Positions 20,847 through 30,165 of a stretch of 64,000 bases of DNA are shown piece by piece. How positions within the stretch are numbered: the first letter of the stretch is position 1; each line of letters begins with the position of its first letter. The notes under the pieces were generated by a model. That model made no database searches, was not told where the DNA came from, and worked only from the letters and a program-made list of their open reading frames with translations. The position numbers and the translations under genes are program-made. The DNA is taken from contig CAVVOP010000008.1 in assembly GCA_963749915.1 (NCBI GenBank), positions 864,001 through 928,000 of the forward strand, in the 5' to 3' direction. The DNA comes from an uncultured cyanobacterium. GTDB lineage: Bacteria; Cyanobacteriota; Cyanobacteriia; Cyanobacteriales; Cyanobacteriaceae.

Positions 20847-22444
20847 GTTGGTGTCTTGAATTTTTCGCCACAGATATTAACCATAAAAAGGCGATCTGCT
20901 TGCAGCAGCGCTTCGCTCCGCCAAATCTCAAAGGCGATCATTAAACCTCAAAGGAGATCGTTAAACCTCAAAGGCGATCATTACCACGAAAAGATGGTGG
21001 TCTGCTTCATTAAATAATAGATGTCAGTAATTCAAAATTAAGGGAACAGTGAGTCAAGCCTCAGGGAAAGGGTCGGTTGTGTTTCGCGTGTTCTCGTTGG
21101 ACAACGAGGAAGAACAAAGTCAGACAACTCATTTCATTGGGAAAAGAGCCGATTTCATCAGCCTTACGACGAAATTCTTCAAAGAGGCGTTCGAGCAAGT
21201 TGGATGTCCGAATTCGGGGATGCAACTCCGCTTCAAATTGGTAAAAGGTGAAAGTCAGCTCAATATCTCGCAGAAAGACTTCTACCGCTTTCGCTTCTAA
21301 GTTTTGCCACTTTTTGACAAAAGCATTGAGTCGTTGCCGGGCCTCAATCCAAGACTGAGCACGATAGATATCATAAGCGTCTTCTTGAATCTCAAAGCGG
21401 CGTTGCTGTTTGGCTTGCTGCTCATCGAAGTCGGCAGTTGTTGTCTCGGACGAGGGAGACAACTGTTGATAGGTGAGATAGCGCTTCATTCCTCTCACCT
21501 TGTGAGTTGTGCATCGTTGCTGTTGGGCATTGGGTAAGCACTGTGTCATCACACCTGGCAGTCCTGAAATCCCATCACTGACTATGAGCTTAACCGCTTG
21601 GGGGTCGAGTCCTCGCTCAGTTAAGTGAGTGAAGAAATTTAGCCAAGATTGACTGTTTTCTCCTTCAGCTATTTCATAGTGCAACAACTGGTAGGTGCCA
21701 TCGGGCCAGACCGCCATAGCGGCTAAGATAACCCGCTCTTGAGCTTGGCGTACTTGACGAAGATGTCCAGCTCGGTCAAGTTTCTTCTCATCCAGTGTGT
21801 ATAAAATATCTATCCAGACTCCATCCACAATCAGAATCGGTGGGGTTACCTCAATCAGAGACTGACGCCGGATTTCCATCTGTTTTTGAGCCTCCAGAGT
21901 TACACGATTGACGGCAGTTAGTGAGAGAACACTGCCAAGTAGATGATACAATGCTTCTTGGAGATTTCGTAGAGATAATCCCAAGACATAAAGACACAGT
22001 GTCATGTCTAGTAAGCTCTGAAGCCCTCTTTGATAACGTTTGAGAATCTGCCATTCTCGTTCATGATTGGAGTCGCGCAGTTTGGGGACTCGTAACTCAG
22101 GGATTCTCCCATACTGAGTGTCCAACAGACGATGGAAATAACCTGAACGTCTTGCCTGAGGACCACTTCGGCTAGAGCGAAACGACTCTAACTCTTCCAC
22201 TAGGGCTGCTTCGACGGTGGCTTTGATAACTCCTGTAACTTCAGTACGCAGAGTGTTTTCCAGTTCTGAAGTAATTTCTGACTGAAAGCTTTGAGATTTG
22301 ACACGGAGAATTTGCTGTTCTCGTTCTGCGAGCTTCATAAACGAGTCCTTAAATATCAAGTTTAATTTCTTGGTTTATCTTGTTTATCTTGTTTATCCTG
22401 CTTTCATCAGCTTGTCAAGGTGGCGAAAAATTCAAGACACCAAC
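20847..22444 (-). mobile_element. IS256-family insertion sequence
   Basis: 25-bp TIR GTTGGTGTCTTGAATTTTTCGCCAC (20847-20871, inverted at 22420-22444); internal 3 x 20-bp repeat at ~20923-20982. Confidence 0.85.
21061..22359 (-). CDS. IS256/Mutator transposase
   Basis: RSGYFHR.LDTQYG.I..LRVPK, LIVSDG, QQRCTTH and RTSNLLERLFEEFRR motifs. Confidence 0.9.
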   Translation of the reverse strand: MIFKDSFMKLAEREQQILRVKSQSFQSEITSELENTLRTEVTGVIKATVEAALVEELESFRSSRSGPQARRSGYFHRLLDTQYGRIPELRVPKLRDSNHEREWQILKRYQRGLQSLLDMTLCLYVLGLSLRNLQEALYHLLGSVLSLTAVNRVTLEAQKQMEIRRQSLIEVTPPILIVDGVWIDILYTLDEKKLDRAGHLRQVRQAQERVILAAMAVWPDGTYQLLHYEIAEGENSQSWLNFFTHLTERGLDPQAVKLIVSDGISGLPGVMTQCLPNAQQQRCTTHKVRGMKRYLTYQQLSPSSETTTADFDEQQAKQQRRFEIQEDAYDIYRAQSWIEARQRLNAFVKKWQNLEAKAVEVFLRDIELTFTFYQFEAELHPRIRTSNLLERLFEEFRRKADEIGSFPNEMSCLTLFFLVVQREHAKHNRPFP

Positions 22445-23042
22445 TAAAAAGATAATCAATCCCTTCCTGCCTTAACTCTTGTAACTCCTCCCACAGATTC
22501 CGAATGACTAAAATAGTTCTTTGTTTACTTCCCTTACCAACGATCGATAAATTAACTAAATCATCATCAACCCTAAAATTCGACCACTTCAAATTAACCG
22601 TCTCACTCACCCGTAAACCCAAACCAAACATCACCTTAACTAATAGCTTATCTCTAGTCGTTTGGGCATGGTCAATTAATTTCTGTATATCCTCCACCGT
22701 TAACAACTTCTGAGAAATAGTCTCATTTACCTTGGGACTCTCAATCATCGATGCAGGATTAACCTTGAGATAGCCTGTCTTCACACAGTAGGAAAACAAA
22801 CTCTTAATAATCATCAACTTCACCTTAATAGTTGATGCCTTTTGTTGTCTTAATTGTAGAGATCGCAGATAATCTTGAATATCCTCTAACATAATCTCCG
22901 ATAAATCCTTACCCGTAAATGCCATAAATTGTTGTATCGTACAGGTATATTGACTTTGCGTATGTACAGACCGCTTATTGGTTAACCAACTTAAGAGCAT
23001 TTCCGAGTCGTTGTTAGCACGAGTGACTTTCTCCGAGCGCAT
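22445..23042 (-). pseudogene. Tyrosine recombinase/integrase, 3'-truncated by IS256
   Basis: RDKLL...GLRVSE...VGKGSKQR present; the last ORF residues derive from the IS end; catalytic HxxR and Y are absent. Confidence 0.85.
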
Positions 23043-23496
23043 GATGACCCCAGGATTTTAGAGAATGAAATTATTATATCTGAGTGAGGATTACTTTGAA
23101 CATTATATATAGTTATGTTCAATCCGACCTGGCACAGACAAACTTATTGAGTCAGAATAATTCACCCTAATCTTTACGGTCATTACTTTTCAGCCTGTTG
23201 CCACCTGGCTCAAATAACCTTGACTCTTTTGACACCAAAACTCTTGATTTCACCAAGTATTTTACTGAGTATTTTACTAGTATATTATTAGTTTGACGGA
23301 CGGGCGATCGCTTTTTTGAGAATAATAAAATTAATTATTTCACACTTCTAAATCAATATTTATGGCTCTACTGAAAGAGTCAAATAACTCTTAACCCCCT
23401 GTTGCCGCACTAGTAAGCATCACCAAAGTATTTCACTTCTTTTCCATCAAATGCCATCAATAAGTGCTGACCTTCTTCGTCTTCAATCTGATATAA

Positions 23497-23794
23497 CCCA
23501 CATTCCGCATGTTCTTTTAGAAAACAATCATATTTTAATGACTTTTACGCAACTTTACTATAGGTAATACATATATTTATTGTTTTTTGCGAGCAGCTTC
23601 GCTGTGCCCTTGGCATCGCATAGTGACAATTGGCGAGCAGCTTCGCTGTGCCTTTGGCATCGCCATATACAGATTTTTACAGTATTTATATTTGTTTAAT
23701 CTCAATTTCGTTGTTTTATTACTTGGGGAATATTTTGTAAACAAGGCGTTAAGGTATTACATGGCATAGTGCAAATTGACGTGCGGAATGTGGG
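23497..23794. mobile_element. MITE / deletion derivative with IS1634 ends
   Basis: CCCACATTCCGCA...TGACGTGCGGAATGTGGG, the same TIR as the 7699-9823 element; 298 bp; internal 2 x 31-bp repeat. Confidence 0.8.
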
Positions 23795-24031
23795 TTGATC
23801 TGTGCGCAAGGCAAAAATAAATAAATGGAGCGTAGCCGTTACGAAGACTATAACTAAGTACAACTAGACTATGGCGGCGAAGCGACTTCAATTAAGGTGT
23901 TGCCTAGTCGCACCACAGAACGGGTATAATAGAAAAGCGGTCGTTCATTATCCCCACAGTTCCAGCCACGCAGTGACCTAGGGTCGGAAACAGTAGCCTT
24001 TGAGATAAACCGAAGGCAAAAAGACTATGTT
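23795..24031 (-). repeat. 238-bp structured element, copy 2
   Basis: Reverse complement of 13069-13306. Confidence 0.9.
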
Positions 24032-24149
24032 CTTTAGGGGTGACAACAACAAAACACTGTAAGCCGCTCTAGTTCTCGCTTATAAGTAGAGAATTAGTAC
24101 ATGCGTTTTGGTGAAGTTTAGTTTCAAATTGGGGTGAAGTGAGTCGAAG

Positions 24150-24320
24150 AACTGTTCGGCTAATGCTTACCAAGCTCCCCGACTCGGTTTGATTTTTGGA
24201 TGCTGTTACCAGCATCACAGGAACAGGCTGGACTCTTCGGATACACCCTCGACAGATTCCCACCTGCCAACTCTCGCGATGAAGAGACCTCCCGCCAACG
24301 CACACCACACGAAAACCGTT
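24150..24320 (-). ncRNA. DGR template-repeat 3' end plus spacer RNA remnant
   Basis: AAC GGT TTT CGT GTG GTG TGC (NGFRVVC, the CLec/FGE VR-type terminus), followed by a GC-rich segment and the hairpin GATGCTG-N4-CAGCATC (24199-24216). Confidence 0.7.
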
Positions 24321-25213
24321 CAGTCTTCGTCTTCCCCGATGTAAGTTACTATTTCTGACCCGAATTCGATCGCCTAAAATGCGGAAGCCAAGGAAGCTAG
24401 CACCGTATTTAGTGGCAAATAGTTGACTCTTGATGGGATGAATTTTTAGTCTGAGTATTGCCAAATACTCTTCTATTGCTATTCTGGCATCGGCGAGAAA
24501 ATCTCGTTCGTCGGCAAATAAAGCGAAATCATCAACGTATCTTACGTATTGAGAAGCTTTGAGAGTTTCTTTGACAAAGTGGTCAAAAGGATTGAGTATG
24601 ACGTTCGACCAGAATTGACTGGTTAAATTGCCTATAGGTATGCCTTTTCGCCTTTGTAAGGGGGTTAGCAAATCATCACCTGGAAAATATTCGATGACGG
24701 GTTCTTGTTCATTACTATTATCGATGATGGTATCAATCAGCCACAAAGTATCAGGACATTTGATTTTACGTCTGATTTGTCGTTTGAGAATTTGATGGTC
24801 GATACTGGGAAAATACTTCTTGATATCGCATTGCAAGACGTAGCGGCTGCGACGAAAAAACTCGATAAATCTTCTCAAAGCTCGATGGGTGACAAATCCC
24901 ACTCGGTTGGCATAAGAATCACGAATGAAAGTACGCTCAAAAATGGGAACGATTATATTACACAGGCCATGGTGAACCACTCTATCTCGGTAGGGAGCGG
25001 CAGAAATCAGACGGCTTTTAGGATCTCTGATATGAAAAGTTCGGTAATTTCCTGGTTGATATGTTTTAGCCGTAAGCTCCTGTTGTAATTTGATTAACTC
25101 CCCTTCTAAGTTGTAGTTGAAGTCTAAAATATTATCTCTAAATCTTTTGCCCAATTGTGCTTTTCTAGCGGCTAAATAGAGGTTATCAAATGTGATAATT
25201 TGGGGGTAGAGAT
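24321..25213 (-). pseudogene. DGR-type reverse transcriptase, truncated at both ends
   Basis: [40 protein letters not shown] and YVRYVDDF motifs; start replaced by the IS1 end; C-terminus fused to the TR. Confidence 0.85.
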
Positions 25214-26166
25214 GGTCGTGCATCAAATAACTGTGGGATAGCTAATTAAGTCATGCCAAGTCCATCTCTGGTCACTCAATCCCGATCTTTGAGCGGCTGT
25301 TGTCCCTAACCGAATATTTTTCCAAATCCAGTTGAAATAGCTGACGACTAACCTTGCCGTTACTTTCGTTTGCTCCCAGACCTTGGCAAATTTATTTTGT
25401 TGCCGATGCCATCTTCCTGTCTGTTGCCGGAGAATTCCATTAGTCCTCTCCAGCCTTTGGTTTCCTTTTTTACTGATCTGGTGCTCTATCTCCTCTGTTA
25501 ATACCCTTTGATAACCCCTTAAGCCATCAGTATTCCAGTTTTGGCATTGGGTTTTTCCTTCTGTGGTCACGAGCATCTCCTCCAGAAGTTGATCCTTCCG
25601 TTTTCCTACACGAGCTGCCAGAATCAAGCCACTATCTTGAGCTAAACTAATTCCTATCCAGCAATCCCCGGCTATTATTTCGTCTGGTTCGCATTGGCAC
25701 TGTTTTGTCTTGGTGCGCGTTCCCTTGCGTCTTACGCCGACGCGGGGTCGCACCGCTTTTCGACAAATGACCACATTTCATCAGCGCTTACTTGTTCTGT
25801 TTCCACTTGTTGAACCTCAGCATTATGTATCATTTGAGCTTTTTGGCTAGCATCCCTAATCAAAGAAACTACGGTGCCGTAAGCCCTGCCACTGATTCGA
25901 CTCACTCCTCTCAGGCTACTGCCTTCAGCATGAGATTGAAGAATGGTATGAACTTCGGCCGGATTGAGATGGCGGTTATAGTAAAGAGTCTCAAAATGTT
26001 CAGGAAAAGTTTTACCACAATGAGGACATTTATAACCCTGGTGTCCTTTCTCAGTTTTGCCATGTTTGTAAGCTTTATGGTGACCGCAGAGAAGACATTT
26101 CATAGAAATAAATAGAATACTACTTTTCTCTCATACTCTCATCCCACAGATTTTTGTTTCACGACC
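25214..26166 (-). mobile_element. IS1-family insertion sequence (InsA 25732-26103, InsB 25223-25774)
   Basis: Zn ribbon CLLCGH...CPHCGK, DEMWSFV and LERTNGILRQ motifs; TIR GGTCGTG(C/A)A(T/A)CAAA at 25214 and 26166. Confidence 0.85.
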
Positions 26167-26480
26167 GAATTATGTTTGAGAACCCAAGTTGGTATGAGAT
26201 CCCACCAGCCCACTAAGGAAAATTGTCCGGCGAAGCGAATTTTTGAGTGCGACTCGACTGTCCAGCACTAGACCACAGACAACTTCCTGCCAGCTAATTA
26301 AGCACCAAAAACGGCAATTTTCCGTCTGCACCTTTTCCTCATAAAAAATAAAATCCTCAAAAGTTTGTTTCAGCCAAGTCAATTCGATTTTAGATTTTTC
26401 TTTTGACAACTAGGTTTTCAATCTGCAAACATAGATAATAAGTTTGTTCGCAGAAAATCAGACTGAGGATCTATGCCACA

Positions 26481-26783
26481 ATGCACTTAATTTCGGCAGG
26501 TAAACTGAAACAGGTAGCATCTAAATATCCAGATGTAACTAAAACGATTCAAGCCTTTTGCAAAACGATCAAACAAGCCCAATGGCAAAATTTAATTCAA
26601 TTACAACAGGTTTATCGAGATGCCGAAGCTGTGGGAAGTTTTACCGTTTTAAACATTAAAGGGAATAAATATCGTCTCATTCTCGACATCGACTATGAAG
26701 AACAAGTAGCATATTTTAAATATTTTCTCACCCATGCAGAATATGATAAGGAGCAATGGAAAAATGACCCTTACTTTAAATGA
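26481..26783 (+). CDS. higB: HigB toxin
   Basis: NIKGNKYRLI...FLTHAEYDK. Confidence 0.9.
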   Translation: MHLISAGKLKQVASKYPDVTKTIQAFCKTIKQAQWQNLIQLQQVYRDAEAVGSFTVLNIKGNKYRLILDIDYEEQVAYFKYFLTHAEYDKEQWKNDPYFK

Positions 26784-27183
26784 AAAAAATTACCTCAAAC
26801 TTTTAGCTCAAATCAAGATTATTCCCAAAATAATTGAATCAGAAGCTGAATACGAACAATATTTAGCAGTAGTTGAAAGGCTCATGGCTAAGAAAAATAA
26901 CCGCACCCCAGAAGAAACAACCTTATTTCGATTGCTGGTCAAATTAATTGAAGACTATGAAGAAGAATCTTATTCTTTAGAGGATTGGAGTAACCTTTTA
27001 CCTCATGAAATTTTACAACACCTTTTAGAATCGAGCGGCAGGAAACAAGCAGATTTAGTCGGAGTTATCAGTTCTTCTAAAGGGTTGATCTCATCCGTAG
27101 TCAATGGTAAACGAGCCATTAGCATTGAACTGGCGAAAAAGTTAGGGGCATATTTTAAGGTGAATCCTAGTTTATTTATTTAA
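26764..27183 (+). CDS. higA: HigA HTH antitoxin
   Basis: LIEDYEE...PHEILQHL...GKRAISIELAKKLG; overlaps higB; likely start MTLTLN. Confidence 0.85.
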   Translation: MTLTLNEKNYLKLLAQIKIIPKIIESEAEYEQYLAVVERLMAKKNNRTPEETTLFRLLVKLIEDYEEESYSLEDWSNLLPHEILQHLLESSGRKQADLVGVISSSKGLISSVVNGKRAISIELAKKLGAYFKVNPSLFI

Positions 27184-27321
27184 TCCCTTTTTGGCAGATT
27201 CCCACCAGGGAATCGCGAGCGCAGCGAAGCCCGAGAGCGATGCACCCAGCTTCAACCAGCAAGACTAACTTTGGCGGGGAGTGCCACCATGATTCTTACT
27301 GAATTGATAATTGATTTTAAA

Positions 27322-27798
27322 TTAGATGTTTTTTGTCCGTTTGCTGTTGGATGGCCACCACTGACGAAATTCTTGTTCGTATTCTGACCCCGACAGTTGA
27401 TAGGTCTTTCTTGCCTCAAAGGCTAATCCAATTCCCCAGCCTAGTATAGGCCAGTAAGACCAGTCGAGGCTGCCATCGGTAATCAGGTCGATAATCACTA
27501 AGAAGGCGTTAACGACCAAATAAGAGAAAAGATGTTTCTGGAATTTTTCCCGACGATAGCTAATAAAGGCACGTCTGGCTTTTTGCTCGTGTTTTTGCTC
27601 GAACCACTGCTGTTCAGCTCGCTCAAGCTTCTGGGGGGAAATGCCAAGTTCCGCCGCCATTTCCAAAAGTTGCTCTGGGGAAAAATCCGACTGTTCCCAT
27701 TCCTGCTTCATAGCCAGAGCGAGAATTTGCTGGATATCCTCTTGACTGTACGAATCCGTCATCTCCTTTCTCTCCTGCGCTCTTCGTCCATTGAGCAT
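27322..27798 (-). CDS. 2TM-domain protein
   Basis: YSQEDIQQIL; FQKHLFSYLVVN...WSYWPILGWGIGL. Confidence 0.8.
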   Translation of the reverse strand: MLNGRRAQERKEMTDSYSQEDIQQILALAMKQEWEQSDFSPEQLLEMAAELGISPQKLERAEQQWFEQKHEQKARRAFISYRREKFQKHLFSYLVVNAFLVIIDLITDGSLDWSYWPILGWGIGLAFEARKTYQLSGSEYEQEFRQWWPSNSKRTKNI

Positions 27799-28063
27799 AA
27801 TTTTAGCCTGATATTTCGATACTTCAAACAGAATTTTAAAAATTGCCAGCCAAAATTTCGTCCACCCTCTTACCCCTAATTCGCTCTAGCGTAGTCTACT
27901 TAAATTATCAAATAGAGCTCCTCTCTCAGAGAGGGATTAACTCTTCAGTTTTTTTCAGTTTTCTCCTCAAAGTCTTGTGAGGAAAGAATCCCTAGACACA
28001 AGCATACGGTTACAATAAGTTAAACCTTCTACCTCAATAAAACTTAAAACAAGGATAAAAGTC

Positions 28064-29025
28064 ATGGCTATATTACAACAAGATCAGTTTGATCTGAGGG
28101 TTCTCCAGCTTGTTAATCAATTTCGGGCACAAAATGGTCGGACACCTCTCACATTATCTGAAAAACTAGATAAGGCCGCCGATAAATACGCCAATCTCAT
28201 GGCAAATAAAAACATCCTGTCTCATACTCTTAATAACTCGACTATTGGTTCAAGAACAACAGCAGAGGGCTATATTTGGAATAGTGTACGTGAGAATATA
28301 GCGAAAGGGTATACAACCCCAGAACAGGTAGTTGGAGCTTGGATCAATAGTCAAGGACATCGCAACAATATGTTAGCCACCGATATTACCCACATGGGAC
28401 TGGGATACTCATCGAATGGAAATTATTGGTCTCAATCGTTTGCTCGTGGAGATGCCAATCCAGGAACGTATGTGGCCCAAACAAATGGCGGTTCTGGAGG
28501 AGGAGGAACGACTCCAGGAACGTTCAATGGAACTAACGGTAATGACATCTTAAATGGTACAACGGGTAACGACAAACTTTATGGATATGGAGGTAATGAC
28601 AAACTTTATGGATATGGAGGTAATGCAAACTTTATGGTGGAAAAAATGACACCTTAATAGGCGGATCTGGTGATGACACCTTAATAGGCGGATCTGGTGA
28701 TGACATCTTAAATGGAGGAAGAATTGCAGGAACAACAGCTGGTGAACTTGATGTTCTTACAGGAGGTTCTGGGAGTGATACCTTTGTTTTGGGAGGTTCT
28801 TGGGGAGTTTCTTATTTAGGGGCTAGCAATGCTGTCATTACAGACTTCGATTTTAACTATGATTGGATTCGAGTGAAGGGTAGTGCTAGCGATTACCGCA
28901 TGACAACGGGTAATTGGGGAGGAACTTCCGCGACAGATACAGCTCTCTACAAAGGTAATGATTGTATTGCTCTGATCCAAGATACGACTAATGTTAATTT
29001 TGGACGGGATTTTCATTTTGTTTAA
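28064..29025 (+). pseudogene. CAP/SCP domain + RTX calcium-binding repeat protein, frameshifted in the repeats
   Basis: ENIAKG...WINSQGHRNNM (CAP); GGND nonapeptide repeats; C-terminus continues in another frame to 29025. Confidence 0.8.
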
Positions 29026-29232
29026 TATCCAATTTGCCTAGCGACTTAACTGTAACTTATAGTTGGTAGCAGTATTGTCACTTCTGTTGCTACTCCAGGC
29101 TTTGGTCAGATTACCCTTAATGGATTCACAGGATTAGATGCGGGTGACTTCATCTTTGTATATGTATAATCACCTCAAATCAGACGCTGAGCTAACTCAG
29201 AGTTAGGTTAAACAACTTTTTATGTTTTATCT

Positions 29233-29643
29233 TCACTTGAGAGCCTCTAAAGCTTTTTGGTTGACAATTCCTTTCTCTTCGGCGAGAAATTGGAAGAATT
29301 TTCGCAAAGCCACTCTCAGATCATTTTCGGTGGCCGAATCCCACACCTTTCGTTTATACCATTTTCGGAAATGAGAATTGACCATGCCCTTGGTAATTTC
29401 TTCAATCGACTCAACATCAGTTTGCCGACAAATGAAATGGACAAATGTATCCACGATATTAGTATGCTTTCTTACCGTCTTCTTGGTATATTTGTCGCTA
29501 AGATAGTCAGCAAAGTCCTGATTGAGACTTTCAAGGTGGTTCCGGAAGGGTTCTCTAGCTGCTTCTGCCTTAGCTAGTGCTTCTAAGTACTGTTCAATCT
29601 GATCGCCGGGGATGGCGACTTTACCAGTAAACACTTTGGCCAT
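29233..29643 (-). CDS. Hypothetical protein, integrase SAM-like domain
   Basis: FADYLS..YTKKTVRKH...ALRKFFQFL. Confidence 0.6.
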   Translation of the reverse strand: MAKVFTGKVAIPGDQIEQYLEALAKAEAAREPFRNHLESLNQDFADYLSDKYTKKTVRKHTNIVDTFVHFICRQTDVESIEEITKGMVNSHFRKWYKRKVWDSATENDLRVALRKFFQFLAEEKGIVNQKALEALK

Positions 29644-29739
29644 CGGTTAACCTCATCAAAAAAAACACCGAATAATCTACCTTGATGAGAGATTATTCAT
29701 TTTCTCTTTAATTATTGTAGAATGGGGTTTTTTGCACAA

Positions 29740-30085
29740 CCCCCCAAAAAGCGGTTCTGTTTGTCTGCTCTGGTCATATATGTTTTACTGATAATTTGTT
29801 CGACCTCAGCAATAAATTGTGGGTAGACTTTCCAGCCATCTGTAACGTAGAAATAACACTGCCACTTTTTTACTTCTGCCCACAATGGTTCAAAGGTTTC
29901 CGCACTATGATCTCCAATTACCCAGTCTAAAATACCTCTTTTAAGTAGCTGAGAAAGATGTTATGGAACAAAAGAATTTTGTGGAGTCTCTCTCCGGGAT
30001 TGCTGTCTAAAAAATAGAGTACTCTTAGGAGTGTTATGCACTTCAAAAGTTTTTGCAACAGAACCCAGATTTTTGTTTCACGACC
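29740..30085 (-). mobile_element. IS1-family remnants (InsB fragment and isolated IS1 end)
   Basis: Minus translation GDHSAETFEPLW...YVTDGWKVY; CAGATTTTTGTTTCACGACC at 30066-30085 is identical to 26147-26166. Confidence 0.7.
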
Positions 30086-30165
30086 GCTTGTCTTTGGGGC
30101 TGATTGAAGGTATGGTGAAGAAGAGAAAAGACATCAGGAAAAGTGATTGACCCTCCCAAGTTATT

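Noticed and set aside
13069..24031. The 238-bp repeat pair as DGR TR/VR
   Set aside because: Differences include indels and non-adenine changes, and neither copy ends a CLec-type gene.
24069..25226. RT as a group II intron, retron or CRISPR-associated RT
   Set aside because: No maturase/intron structure, msr-msd or cas1 fusion; the GNLTSQ motif and TR remnant indicate a DGR.
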